Origin: Amoebidium appalachense
Lineage: Eukaryota > Protista > Ichthyosporea
Assembly: GCA_963693365.1 (NCBI GenBank)
Contig: CAVNZM010000007.1
Span: 10,227,962 to 10,291,961, forward strand
Length of the DNA stretch: 64,000 bases
Direction of reading: 5' to 3'
The notes below the pieces were generated by a model that made no database searches, was not told the DNA's origin, and worked only from the letters and a program-made list of their open reading frames with translations. Made by a program: the position numbers and the translations under genes. Below, piece by piece: positions 21,017 through 52,895 of this stretch. Each line of letters starts with the position of its first letter. Position 1 is the first letter of the stretch.

Positions 21017-23552
21017 AACCCGCCACCACTGGTTCGTGTTGCCGCTGGCTGTGAAATGCAATCACGACTGTCTAGCTGCCATCCTAACTTCCTATTTCCA
21101 ATTTGCAGATCGCAGACCATCAGCAGCACTGACTAGACCCATGGGCATGGGCCTAAACCGAAGAAACAGCATGGGTATAAACCCCCTCTTCTAGTCCTAG
21201 CATGCACTTTTTGCCAGTGAAAAATGTCGGGAAATGGGAGAGGGCCAACAGTAACCCAGCATACACGTGTCGGGGTGGCAGAGAGAATGGGGATTAATAA
21301 TGTATTTGGCCTATGTTCGTGAAGCAGGGGTTGCTTGCTCTTTCGATTGGGAGGGAGGGAGGATAGCCCGTTCACTATGTAGACGGTCGGTGCTTTGGGC
21401 TGCAGTGTGTGTTCTTGGCTGCATCACGGGACGGGTGTCATACGGGATTAGGGCCAAGGACAGTATGGGACCATAAAGGATGGGCACGTTGGTAGTGGTG
21501 GTGGTGGTTTTCTTTGGGGGTGGATGGGGTGAGGTGGGGGGGGGGGAGGGGGGTGGTTGGGGGGGGGGAGTTTTTTTTGGGGGGGGCGAGGGGGGGGGGG
21601 AATGCACTATGCCACAGGGAGAAGTGGGTGTTTGGTGAGGCTGTGTTTTACTTGACTGAGTAGTTGTTCGGTGGGTCGGGTGCTGACCTGGTGCTGGGCA
21701 CAGGGCTGGGCCCAGGGGGGCTGGGGGGAGCAGCAGCAGGCAAGAAGTACCTGCAGACTAAGAAGAGTGTCGTCATGCTGGGCCAGGAGGAGAGCATAGA
21801 CCTGGCCAAGAAGAACGAGAAGAGGAAAAAGACAGGTGGGGGGGGGGGGGGGGGGGGGGGTCTGGAGGAGGGCGATGGGGTGTGGTTGGCTCCTATGTGG
21901 GAGGGTGGAGAGTTCGAGGGGATTGGGGGTTGGCTGGTGGGTTGTGGGTGTGCATGGTAGCTGGTGGGTAGGTGATATGTCGGTGTGGGTGGTAGCTGGG
22001 TCGGTAGGTGGGGTGCAAGTCTGGGTGGTTGGTGTGTGGGTGGGCATGTGGGGTGCATGGTGGGTATGTGGGGTGCATTGTGCACTTGGATTGTGCTGAC
22101 ATCTTGTTTTCAGAGGAGGAGCTGCTGCAGGAGGAGGAGGAACGCATCAAGAAGAGAGAGGAGAAGAAGAAGAGGGAGGCGGAGGAGAAGGTGTGTGCGC
22201 TGGGGGTGTGTGCAAACATGGGGGGCGAAGGTTGAGGTGAAGAGTGCACATACGGGGAAGGGGTGGGGTGGGGATGGAGGGGGGGAGGGAGGGGCCACAC
22301 ATGAGGAGAAGCCTTAGAAGTCTTTAAGTAAGGCGCACATACGGGGGATGGGTGGGGGGAGGGGAGGGGGGGGGGGGAGCGGGGGGGTAAGGTGGGGGTT
22401 AGCTTACCCTTGGGACACAGGAGCGGCGGCGGATTGAGCGTGAGAGCCAGAAGGCAGCCAAGATGATGGAGCGGCGGCTGTCCAAGGGCGATGGCCTTGT
22501 GGCCGAGGAGGATAGGGAGGACGATGAGGACAGCAACGATGAAGACCAGCAGCCGGCCCAGAACCAGCAGCCGGTGGCCCAGGCCCCGGCCCCGGCCATG
22601 TCTATGGATGCCCTGCTGCAACAGCCCCAGCCAGCCCAGGAGGACCCACAGCCCGTGCAACAGCAGCAACAGGCCCAGCCAGGCTTGGCTGCAAGCGGGG
22701 CACTGGGGGCGGCCAATGGGGCCACGCTACAGCTGCAGCAGCTGCAACGGCAGCAGGCACAACTGCAGCAGCTGCAGCAGCAGCAGCAGCTCAAGCAGCT
22801 GCAGGCGCAGCTGCAGCAGAGGGACGACCTTCTACTGGCGCAGCAGCAGGCCAGCATGCTGCAGCAGCAGCAGCAGCTACTGTTGCAGCAGCAGCAGCAG
22901 CAGCGCACCGAGCTGGCCCTGCAGCAGCAGCAGGACCTGCAGCGCCGCCAGCTGCTCCTCCAACATCAGCAGCAGCAGCAGCAGCAGCAGGCCCCCCCGG
23001 CCCAGCCCCAGCAGGTGCCGGCCTACCCCCACCGGCCCTCGGTGGGTGGTGCCTACGGCTGGCCCCAGCAGCAGGTGCCGGCACAGGCACCGGCCCCTCG
23101 TCCCGATGTGCCCAGGGCCCCAGAACCGGCCTGGCCCGGGTTCCCAGCGGGCTATGGGCCTGGGCCAGCGGGTGCGAGCTACGACAGCTACATGGGCCAG
23201 TACGGCCAGCCAGGCCACGCTGCTACCCCGGGTGTGGGAGCTGGCGGGGCCGGAGGGCTGGAGGGGCTGATCAAGAGCCTGGGGCTGCAGAAGCAGCAGC
23301 TGCAGGCAGCCCTGCAGGCCAACCCCATGGACCAGGCACGGCTGGGCCAGCTCAGTGCCGTGGAGACGCAGCTGCGCGAGGCCATGTTCAAGTACCAGGC
23401 CATGCAGCGCCAGCCATACATGCAGATGCAGCAGCAGCAGTACCCGGCCACGGCACTGGCCCAGGCCCAGCACTCACAGACATTCTCCCTGACAAACAGG
23501 CTGACCCCACAGCTGCAGGAAGAGATCCAGCGCTACATCAACGGCGACAGAG

Positions 23553-23616
<64 letters not shown>

Positions 23617-23909
23617 GTGCGTGTGCGCATGTGGCAAGGTGGGTTTGTTGGTGCGGGCAGTGGGTGTGATGGGAGGTGTTTGAGATGGATGTTCATATGT
23701 ACGTGTGCTTATGCCTGATATGCGCCTCTACAGAAAACCCAGCGGGGCCAGGGGGGCCACCCACACGGCAGATTGTGATGAACGAGGAGCTAGTGGAGGT
23801 GGAGAACACACCGTACCTGGAGCAGATCATCTTCGAGATGAACTACGCCACACGCACATGGAAGCGCCTCAAGAGAAAGCGCCTGGCAAACACCCGCCAA
23901 GCAATATAG
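17136..23909 (+). CDS. NELFA: Negative elongation factor subunit A (NELF-A/WHSC2), ~747 aa, 9 exons
   Basis: Exons 17136-17414, 19122-19236, 19868-20020, 20316-20429, 21109-21174, 21704-21835, 22114-22190, 22421-23552 and 23734-23909 (2244 nt, in frame). The N-terminus DTDEWLKGKL..KVKVLIAIL..DSDEWVRVM..PHEHIYLNK..QHFKIR and the C-terminus GDRENP..IFEMNYATRTWKRLK match animal NELF-A motifs (DTGLWLHNKL, DSDPWV, PLECQYLNK, GSRENP, FEMNYATGQW). Confidence 0.92.
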
Positions 23910-23997
23910 TGTGTTTGGCATTGTGTATGTGTGCTTGATATCGTCACGTATTTGCAGATTACTGGGCATACCACACAAACACGCACACACACACACC

Positions 23998-24089
<92 letters not shown>

Positions 24090-24376
24090 CTCACTAAGGC
24101 AAGTTTTAGGGGGATCATGTACACAGGTGATACCTCGTTAGGGTCAACGTGTGCACATGCACAAGCACTCCCCATGTGCTATTTATATATTTAGGCCCCA
24201 GAAACGGCACACGTGCACATGTGCTGTGCACGTGGCATGCATACAGCCCAGTAGTGTTTGGTGGGTCTTTAGGCCTGCCCTTGGCTGCAAGTAAAAACCA
24301 TTCTCAATATATGCAACAGTATGTATTGGTGAACAGAGTGACAAAGCACACCTGGGTGGAAGTCCCCAGGCGGGCT

Positions 24377-24409
<33 letters not shown>

Positions 24410-25045
24410 GGGGGGGTGTGTGTGTGTGTGGGAGAGGGGGGGAGGGGGGTAGTGGGCGATCCGGTTTCATGCTACCGTATCATTCATACATGAAGACATG
24501 GCGGGCAAGCAGACACCTAGCCCCCTACAACGACAGACCTGTGCCACAAAACCGCAGCAATACGTACCATAACTAGTGACACTGACAGGCGTGTTGCATG
24601 CACGAGCACAAACATGGTCGGCTCTACTCACTATAGCTAGCACACTATGTATACGTAACAAGTATTTTGCTTAGCTATGATATCATTATGACTCCGTCAA
24701 ACGTATATATACCAGACTTATCAATTTCATATGCATATGATGTACACAGTGCACTTGGCCACCACAATGCCATACGCCATACAAACACCTGGCAGTATGC
24801 CCGTACACAAGGTCATGCACGTGGCCAACTAGGACTAACATTACTATTGGGGGCCTCAGATCAACTATATAGGCGCTGTGTGCACTGTTACTACATTAGG
24901 TTGCCCTGCACATACATGGGGCATGCAATCTAACACATCGCAGAACCGGGTTCAGCCCCGATTGCACGGGTTTGTCTACAACATATTAGCTCATAGGTGC
25001 TTGTGCCGTTACTCTGTGTCCACAACAGGCTACACCGTGCATGTG

Positions 25046-25437
25046 CTACTGCTTTAGGTGTGCTGAGATGAAGTCAGCAGCCTCAGCCAGTGACTGCAGG
25101 GCCTCGGGCATCTTGATAGCTGGGCCACCAAACTGGAACACATGCTGCATGTGTGGCCACACCTTGACTGACACCGGTGCCCCCTGCAGTTACGATGCAT
25201 TTAGCACTGTGAACCATCAATGGCCAACTTGTAGATGTATTTGACTCCGGCATGCACAACACAATGTGCTGTTTGTTTTTGCACGTGGATGTGTGTACGT
25301 CATGTATCGGTGCTTGTAGACAGTGTCGCAGGCTGGCCATGCTTGGTTGGCTGAATGTCAAGTTGTGAATGTGCATGTTGCTCACACTCCGTTGGGTGCA
25401 GGTCGGTGCACTCTGACGTGTGTGTGCGTGCGCCTGA

Positions 25438-25481
<44 letters not shown>

Positions 25482-25766
25482 AGGGGGGGGGGGGGGGAAG
25501 GGGGGGGGGAGGGTGGGGGGGAGCTACGTACAGCGTCTTTGCATTTCTGGCCAAAGCGGAGAGAGTCGTCCAGAAGAATCTCCTCCGTGCCCACGTGCAC
25601 GAGGGTGGGGGGCAGCTGTGCCAGGGCAGAGGGGGAAGCATAGAGGGGGGACACGAGGGGGGTGGTGAGGGGGCTGCCCCCGGCATACACCGTAGCTGCT
25701 GTCGGACACTTGTCTGCTGGCAGCAAGGCATCCCGCTTGGCATTGGTCTGCATCGTGGCTCCTGTG

Positions 25767-25806
<40 letters not shown>

Positions 25807-25850
25807 GGTGGGTGAGTGTGTGTGGGTGTGTGTGTGTTGTTGTTGTTCTT

Positions 25851-25883
<33 letters not shown>

Positions 25884-26252
25884 TTGTTGTTGTTCTTGGT
25901 ATGTATGTGTGTGTGTGTGTGTGTGTGGGAGCCCCTCCTCCCCCTTCTTTTGGGGCGCGTGCCCCCCCGTCCCCCCTCCCCTCTCCCCCTCTCTCTCCTT
26001 CCGTCCATCCTTTGTTTAACATAATTCCTTTCCATCTACAGGTGAGCTCAACATTTTCGACATGTTTGAAGTGTCCGTGCAGGCAGACAAGACGGGGGGG
26101 GGGGGGGGGGGGGAAGGGTGTGGGTGTGGGTATGTATGTCTCTGTGTGTGTGTGCGCGTGTGTGGGAGAGGGGGAGGAGGGGGGGGGGGGGGGGAGGGGG
26201 ACTGTACGTCTATGTGTGTGCACGTTTTCGTGTTTGGGGCGTTTTTTTTTTT

Positions 26253-26300
<48 letters not shown>

Positions 26301-26454
26301 ATATCCATGCTTGGGAGTATCGTGTTCGTATGCCACGTGCATAGATTGGTGAGTGAGCAGACACTTGGATAGTTGACTGGGTGCTCGTGACTGTGTGTGA
26401 CCACAGCCCCCCGTGTGCTTGTTTCCTATTACTGTGTGGATGGGGGAGGGGGAA

Positions 26455-26508
<54 letters not shown>

Positions 26509-26938
26509 GGGGGGATGTGCATGCTCGATCTAGTCACACGAGCACTAGCAGTAAATGGCTGGCAGGATGCATCCATGGAAGGTGGAAGAACAACCGGATG
26601 CGAAGGAACCCTGCAGAAACAGAGTGTGGGCTGGCTACATATATCACCTTTGATTGGGTACAAACAGCATATTTAGTTGATTAATGGTGAAGTACTTGAT
26701 TGCTGCAAACAAGTGCACCTGATAGGCTACTAATCATGCACCTGGTTGGCTACAGATCACGCACCTGTATGTGCTAGGTCCAGCCACGGTGAAAAGCACA
26801 CAGCAGCAGCCGGTCGGGGCAGGCCTGCTGTCTGGGCCGCAAGAAGACTGGCCACTGTTAGGTTGCCCCCTGATGAGTCCCCGGCAAAGGCTATCTGGAA
26901 AAAAGGTGTGTGTGTACATGTGTGTTTGAGGGGCGGGG

Positions 26939-27001
<63 letters not shown>

Positions 27002-27274
27002 TCAATAAGCACAATTGAGCTGCTTCACGATTTCTTGATGTGAGTTGGAAAAAACCCCTCGTTATGATAAATGGGTCAACACGCAATAGCCACGACCCAT
27101 TCCATGCCCATACCCGCCCCCCACCCAACGTGTGCACATGTTGGCCAGAACAAGGTCTGTTTGCATACCCGCACAACCACATGTGCACACTTGGCCCCTT
27201 GGCGGACACCCACTGAACACACGTACAGCTCTCATCTCGTTTACACTCCTTGCAAAAATCCTCTCACCTCTCCC

Positions 27275-27305
<31 letters not shown>

Positions 27306-27543
27306 CACAGCCCCCTTTCCCCCACCCTTCATAGACAGGATTTATCAGGAGCTCGGTGAGGCAGTATGTTGTCCAGATCAGCACATTTCTGTCTCTATCG
27401 CACCCCAAATCAAGAGGCACCAGCCTCTTGGTGCATTGATATCGGACACGGCTCAATCTGAACCTCCAAAACTCCACATTCTGGCTTTTGTCCAGGATTT
27501 TTTCTTCTCTTTCTTTCTTTCTTTTTTTTTTTTGCGTGTGTAT

Positions 27544-27585
<42 letters not shown>

Positions 27586-27615
27586 GGGAGGTCCGCACTT
27601 GTAATTGTACTCGTA

Positions 27616-27672
<57 letters not shown>

Positions 27673-27908
27673 AAAAACCAAAAAAAAAAACCAAAAAAAA
27701 AAAAACAGTCCCAGTCCGTCCACCGTCCATCTGAGGGACCGATACCGACTGAATTCCTTTATTAGGTCTTCTCTCTACCACTTTAAATCATCCACTGTGA
27801 GTACGAATCTATGCTATCCCTCTCCTGACTGTCTAACAGGCAATATTAACTAATTACACGTATATCAAAGCCTTGGGGGGTCCAGGGGTGAGGGGGAGAA
27901 CGATGTGT

Positions 27909-27939
<31 letters not shown>

Positions 27940-29160
27940 GGGGGGGGGGAGAGGGGGGGGGGAGAGGGGGAGGGGGAGGGGGGTTGGATGGGGGGGGGGC
28001 TCTCTAACCTGTCTGGGATTGATCTTACGGTCGTGCAGCATCCACTTGTATGCTCTCTGGGCATCCTCAATGGGGGCTGGAAACACGTGTTCGGGGGCAA
28101 GCCTACACCACGTGTCAGCATACCACAGCATGATCCAGAGCCAATCAGCATACACACTATGTGCATATACATATTGTATATGTGACTTGGCAAACGATGA
28201 AAAAATTACTGGACCAATCTGACCACCACACTACTTGTGTATTATGGCTACAACTTACAGCTACACACGGCACGCACAGACACACACAGGCACATGTGGA
28301 AGCACACACACACACATGGGGGAGAGGGGAGGGAGGGGGGGAGGACGGGGGATGGAGCCAAATACCTGTAGTCGATAGTGAGCACTGGCACACCCACGGA
28401 ATTTGCCAAAATGCCAACCAGAGGGCGGTAGACCATGGGGTTCATCATGATATAAGCCCCCCCGTGAAGATACAGCACCATGCCCTCCCTCCTGGGCCCC
28501 GTCTTGGGATGCACTAGCTCGGCCGGTACCCCCCCCACATGGAGCTGCCAGAGGGTGTACGGTCAGACATGAGTGTGTGCAGCAATATGTTGCACGTAGA
28601 AGGAGGGCAGAAAGGAGAAGGATTGTATTTCAAAGGGGAAGAAGTGAGGGCGCCGTGTGTATGATGGATAATACAATGTTGTTCTTTTAGTGGGTATAGG
28701 GCAGTTCACATACGAAAGCGGGAGGAAGGGGAGGGGGAGTGTGCAAAGGTGAGGTTGGGGTGAGTGTGTGTGTCCGTGGGGGAAGGTGGGACTCAGAATG
28801 TACCAGATGCACATTCGCAACGGACCACAAGTGCACGGTGCAAATTGGCAGAGCACAAACAAAGTAAAGGCCATCCCTCGGCGGGGGGGAGGGGGATAGG
28901 GATGAACAGTCCCCGAGTTTACAACCACTTTGAGCAAAGGGGGGAAGGGGGGAGGGGGGGGGGAGGGGGGATATTTTCAGCTGGGCATAAACGAAAGTAA
29001 ACTGGTACCAGCTCTGCCTCGGGTATCGTCTTGTCCAGCTCAGTCACAATGGCCACCAGCCTGTTCACTCTTGTTCGTTGCTTGGCTATGTTCTCAGGGG
29101 TGATGCGGGACAGCTGCAGCTTGACCAGCTTGCACATGGCCTGTGCGAGAGAGAGAGAGA

Positions 29161-29236
<76 letters not shown>

Positions 29237-29656
29237 GAGAGAGGGAGGGAGAGAGAGAGAGAGGGAGAGAGAGGGGGGGGGAGGGAGAGAGGGGGGTGAG
29301 GGGGAGAGGGGGGAGGGGGGGAGAGAGAAGGGAGGGAGGGGGGGGGGGGGGAAGGGAGGGGGAGAGAGAGAGGGGGGGGGGGGGGGGAGAGAGATATTAG
29401 AGAGAGAGAGTGTGTGTGTGTGTGTGAGTGTGTGTGTGTGGACAGTGGGTGGGCTTGGTAACGGGCAAAAAGGTTGGTTGGTTGGGGGGGGAGGGGGGTG
29501 ATGGAGAGGGGGACCAAGGAGCGTGAATGTGTGGCCAAGAAAAACAGTGTCATTCTCTACATGCGTGTAGCTTTCTTGGGTCATGCAACGTCTGGGTAAA
29601 AAACGCACCTTAAAGACCCTGGCCTGGTAAGAGGGCGCTAATTTCTGTGTAGGCAT
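25046..29656 (-). CDS. Alpha/beta hydrolase, HSL/GDXG family esterase (Abhydrolase_3), ~318 aa, 7 exons
   Basis: Exons 29656-29609, 29140-29003, 28544-28366, 28102-28009, 26894-26765, 25761-25532 and 25183-25046 (957 nt, ending TAG). Motifs: [35 protein letters not shown] (nucleophile), [18 protein letters not shown] and WPHMQHVFQ. The second exon's donor could alternatively lie 6 nt earlier. Confidence 0.92.
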
Positions 29657-30476
29657 GACGACGCTGGGCCGTCGTAGTGACTTGTGTGGGCCTGTAAAGA
29701 CGAGTTGTATCTCTGTAAAGAGTGGCGTAACCCAACAATATCAGGTCCTGCATGCACACACCAAGTTGGTTTAGTGGATATTTGACAAAAAACCTTGAGG
29801 CCGATGCCAGCTTATGATTTTTATTTGTCATGTATATACATCAGGGTGAAGATGGGAATGCGGACACCGGTCACAAGGCTACAACATCGTAGGGTGACTT
29901 GGGCAACAGGTAAAAAAGACAACATTGATGCCCAGGTCTAGGCGACCTCGTGAGTTTGTGTGCGCCACCGGTTGCGCGCCATTCACACATTCCTCAGGGT
30001 GCATTCTAAACCAATAGGAAAAGTGATCCAAGAATGCTTATCGCCAGGCCAGGGTAGCCTGGCCCAAAATAGCCACGGGAGACTGAGAGGCAATCATGGG
30101 GCCCGCGGGACCGGACCGGCAGGGTCGGGCTAAGGGCTTTATAACAAGCAAAAATGTGTGTCTGAAATGGAAAAATGTTTTTGGTTTTTTTAATTTTTGG
30201 AGTGTTTTACTCTACAGTACTATGTGATCCAAACTGAAAACTGAAAACCGCACCGAGTACCAGGCAAGCCAGTGCTGGTGCAATAATAAAGTGCGTTCCT
30301 GAACTATATATGGGTTTATGGCGCGGAAAGAAAGCCAATCGCATAGCGACCGCCTAGAAATGCCAGTGCGCACTTTGTGCAACCGTTATCTTGCCGTTGC
30401 GTTTCCGGGCCCCTTCAGAGTGTTGTGGCAGTGTGGCAGAGTTGCCGGTGCTTTTTGGACCAAGCCCCCTCATATA

Positions 30477-30508
<32 letters not shown>

Positions 30509-30809
30509 ACACCTCTCTACGTGCTGTGTCGTACAACGCAATTCTGAAAAAAAGCTCTATCTAATGTGTCCTTCTTTTGCTTCTGAGGTTCTACGTTTTC
30601 CCCATATGAATTTTTATTGAAAAGCACGTGCAGACACCACGTGTGTGCCCACCTGTAACTGCTTGGACTCACCAGCCGCACAGAGACACCCAAAGACGCC
30701 TTTCTTGACTGTGTTCCTCAATAGCTTCAACAAAAAGTTTCCCTACGGCAAATAGACCACACTAAAGCCCATCTATCAACCTACACTTCGGGTACACAGA
30801 GCCTTCGCC

Positions 30810-31184
30810 ATGCCTCCCCGCTCCGAGGCTATGAGCTTGGTACTACTCACCGGGCCCAAGCCTTCACCCACTGTTTCCGGTGGCTTGGATCACCACAGCC
30901 ATCACCAACAGATAATCGTGCAACCACAAAGGGTTAGTCTTCATACCACGAAATGCACGGCAGATACACAGGCTCCCACCAGACCCAACAACGCCAGCCA
31001 GGTAGCGAGTTTTAGCAGCACCCAGCAGGCAGCGGTATGTGTGAAGGAGAAATCACGGCGCTTGATAGTGGACTGGGAGAACGACTGGGAGGTCTATGGG
31101 CGAGACATTGACTATTATGTTTTGGCGCCGTGTGGCCCGGCAAGTAGGACGTCGGAGGATTGGGCGCTGGAGTGGGAGCGCTGA
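30810..31184 (+). CDS. Possible single-exon hypothetical protein (124 aa)
   Basis: Start context gccATG resembles the other genes, and the ORF is non-repetitive with a Trp/acidic C-terminus (LIVDWENDWEVYGRDIDYYVL). No family is recognised. Confidence 0.3.
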   Translation: MPPRSEAMSLVLLTGPKPSPTVSGGLDHHSHHQQIIVQPQRVSLHTTKCTADTQAPTRPNNASQVASFSSTQQAAVCVKEKSRRLIVDWENDWEVYGRDIDYYVLAPCGPASRTSEDWALEWER

Positions 31185-32453
31185 TCTCTAAATAGTTAGT
31201 TCGATAGTAGTTTATGAACTTTCCACCATATGGTAGTTTTTTGGACAACACTCGTGTGCTGCCAATTACGTTTATAACATCGAATGGCAGAAGTGAGATA
31301 CGACTCAGTTTTCCGAGGTGTGTAATATCTGGAAAGTACTATGTGTCAAAAGTCTGGAAGGTTGAACCCCCTAGGTGGGTCGGCGTGGCTGTTTATGTCT
31401 ACATTTTCACGTAACTTTGTGCATAATGCAGATGGTATAGAACCCGTTTCTTCAAAAACTACGCACGAGATCTTGTCGGAATTGAGGGCATACGAAAGTT
31501 CATCTTTAATTTATATTTGCTTGACATCAGAGCTTGTGTTGTTAAATAGCTATTCCTCATGATATATATCCTTTCTTGAGAATGACACACAAGCCTTTGC
31601 CCTATCTGTATATTTGTGACGCAGAATGAGCCTAGCGGGTACCTGTAATAATGACGATGTTCCGTTCAGAGGTTATTTTATGGGGCGAGACAAAACTGCT
31701 GCTGGGTTATATGAGAATGAATTCGACATAAGGCTGATGGGTATAAAACACTGTACGTTTACAATAAAGGTCCTGCTTTAACAGTTAACAAGTGTGGCAC
31801 AGAATCTTTGGGTTGTTTAACGACAAGTTAATGAGCAGCCTTTGGGCAGCTTGGAAATTTAAATAAAACATCCGAAATCATGGTGTGTGCGAACGCATTT
31901 TTGTGTCTCCTTTTCTTTTCAAATGCCACTACAGAAAATCTATTTCCGCAGTGAGCTCAAATTATGACACATCATGGAAGCCATGTCATATTCGGGCTCA
32001 CATGTTGCAAGCCTGTTAACCTGGCGTGGGGGCCATCACAGCCAAGCCTCAAGGGCTAGCCAGGGTGCGCACTAATGTGTGGCTAAATACTGTTTTGTTC
32101 AATTTGCTCATGTTACCGAGCCAAGTATGAGCTGAATTCTTGCTTTTCATACGTGCATTTACTAACTAACTAAATAATTATATTTTCTCATCAATGCATG
32201 CATGAGTGTTGCTCCTACACGCACAATTGCGCACATAATACATAAGCTGTAGGCCGGGAATGCATGCGCCGGAATGGACCTATCCGTTATTATTAGTTAT
32301 AAGGGGTACTTTTAACAGCTGTTGAGTATGCAACTCCAATGCAGCACCAACATTCAGAAACAGCCCGTGGCATCATGCTGCCCCCCCCCCCCCCCCCCCC
32401 CGAACAATTATATATTCCTTGATTTACACACTTCATGCAAACATGTATGTGAC

Positions 32454-49957
<17,504 letters not shown>

Positions 49958-50790
49958 GGCTGGGCAACGACACCAGCGATTGGTGGCGCATTCGTCAGGC
50001 GCACTACTGTAGTATTTTCCCCTTGTAGATTAATGTGAAGTAACCGTGACCCTAAATTAGGTGCAAAATGGCCTTCGCTACCTGTATAGCCCACAAGCAC
50101 CCTTTCAGACTAGTCCGTTTGGTTCTTCGAGGAGTTCTTCAGCCGGTGACGGTCTCGTGACTGTGAGGTCAACAAAGCAGCCTGGGCGAACATTCCTGAG
50201 AGTAGAAAGGAATGTAAGCTGCTATAAAGGGCAACTACGCCTTCTGAAAAGGCTGGCGATTGGCTTACCTAAATATTTTTGCGCAACACATACATATTTG
50301 TGTAAATACAAACAGTTTGGGCCGCGGGCGCCGGCGCCCGGCGGCCCCAGCTCACTGAGCTCAGCGCTAGCTGTATGTACTGTAGCGTTCCAGCTAGCTA
50401 AATAACCCGTTCTCCACAGGTGCGATTTTCAAACCATTGAGACTCGATCATGGCAGAGTGGGTAGAGCTGTGGGGAAGGAAGGGGGGGGGGGGGGGGGGG
50501 GGGGGAGTTGTTGGGGGAGGAAGAAGGAGTCGGGGGCAGGGGTGGGGGAGGGGGAGGGGGGGAGGGGGGGGAGGGGGGGCGGGGGGTCCGACTGGGAAAC
50601 ATGTATGGAGTTGGCCCGGGGAGGTGGAGGCAGGTTATTGCAATAGTTTCAAGGGAGAGTTAACTAGGGATCACGCATGGGTGGGTGCCATCGGTCACGA
50701 GGCTGGGGAACCTTTTTACGGTGTTAGGAGGTAAATGGATGTGTTTCTTTTCTTTCTTTGTTTCTTTATTTTTTTTTGAGGGGAGGGGGG

Positions 50791-50825
<35 letters not shown>

Positions 50826-51238
50826 GGAGGGGGGGGGGGGGGGGGGGGGGGGGGGCTAGTCCATGGATTGGGGATGAAAGAGGTCTGCCACTCTTGAGCA
50901 TGCGCATTCGATCGCGACGATGCCGCACGGTGATTCGGGACACGTGTGCGTACAGCAGGTGCTTTGTGCGCTACTGGGGCTTACACAATAAACCGGTACT
51001 CAGTGACGGCAGCTTGTACAAGGACGAAACTTTTAGCACCCTAACTAGGGTACAGTCGGTGCTGTGAGGAGGACGGTAGCTCCTGCGAGAGGGCCCCTGG
51101 GGGGTCCCTCTGGGAACAAAACGGGATAGATTAAAAAACGTCCAAGGACGATAAATTGTCGTGTACCATGTCACAGTGTGCCTGTGTGGACATTAACTTA
51201 AAAAATTCCATTTCGACAATTTTTTTTGAATGTCGTGC

Positions 51239-51367
<129 letters not shown>

Positions 51368-51961
51368 CCCTACACGTGTGTTCGGGGGTTAGTTTGTGCA
51401 ATGCCATGTTGTACAGTGTGTGTATGCACACGTGTGTGTGTGTGTGTGCACATGTGTGTTTGTGATTGTGTGTGTGTGTGTGCGTGTGTGTGCGTGTGTG
51501 TGCGTGTGGGTGGGGGTGTTGTTTGTGCGGATGAGGACGTGACAATTGTTTTAACCGCTCAGCCTGTGAAAGCAGAACTTTGTTGCAGGCAGCCCGACTG
51601 CACTCAGATGCCATTACGGGTATCTTAAGCTTGCAGCTGGGCCCGCGGTGGCTATAGCACTGACTTGTATTATTTCCCAATACTTATAAAGAGGGTATTG
51701 GTATATAAATGAGGTTGGGTTGAAGGGGGGAGGGTGGGGGGAGGGGGTGGGGGGGGATCACTTCGTCCCCCTCCCATCCCACCCCCCCCCCCCCCCCCCC
51801 AGTACTATCCCCCCCCCCCCCCCCCCCCCGGTTCCCCCCCTTTTTAGTTTTTTTCTTTTCTTTCCGAAATCCTGCTCTCTCTCTCTCTTTCCTCTACCTC
51901 TCTATCTCTTTCTTTCTTTCTTTCTTTCTTATTTCTCTCTTTCTTTTTCTTTTCTTTTTGT

Positions 51962-52009
<48 letters not shown>

Positions 52010-52895
52010 GGGGCAGGAATGCTTTGTCACCATAGGCCCCGTGAGGCTCTAACCCCCCCCCTCGCCCCCACCCCCCACCTTCTACTTGTAATTCACCCGA
52101 CCCAGTAGTACTTGGAATTCACCTACCGTACTTGCCAAATGCAGCTGCATCAGCGATGCGATGAGTTAAAAATTCCTCCCCCTCCCTCCATTCTCCCCCC
52201 CCCCCCCCCCCCCCTTCCCCCTCTCCCGGGGATCTTCTGCATGCTCTTCCTTGCCTCCAGCCATCCCGCGAGGGCTAAAAAGATATAGTCAAGCACTGTT
52301 CACAGCTCGGTGCCGACACACACTATCGTTAACACTGGACCAAGGCTTGGAGGAAGAAAGGGAAAGGTGATGGGGTGGCATGCTATTGGGGAGTTAGGGG
52401 CACAGGGAGTGCACGTCGAGCAAATTGAAAGGGTGATGAGAATCATTTATTGTGATTTCTTTTCCTTGCTGTACTTCGCGGAGCCGGGCATCACTGAGTT
52501 TGTAACATTACTGAGTAAGGCTTCGTTCAGGATGATAGGTCATACATATATCATAAGTGGGAATCAATCTAATGGATTACAGTACAGACGTTTCTACAGG
52601 GCAAGCGCCACTCGGTGGAGTGTTAAGTTCACGTTTCCAAGCAGGAGTAAAATAAGTGTCGAGTGGCTGTTCAGTACACTACAAAAACGTAGTAAACCCT
52701 TATTCTGCATTTCATAGGCTATTTGGTCTACAAACAACGAGCAAAACCCTTTGCAAGGCCGTGCACATGCGATGTTAGGAAGGTCACATAATACTATTCA
52801 AAATCATCGTGCTGTGCATGATCAGCTACTAGGCTGACTCTAACATGAAATCTTCTAATACCCACTTTCACTGTAAACCTAGCCAGACTAAAAGC

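Noticed and set aside
22399-23473. Antisense and alternate-frame Cys/Leu/Ser-rich ORFs
   Set aside because: They are shadows of the CAG-rich polyQ exon of NELF-A.
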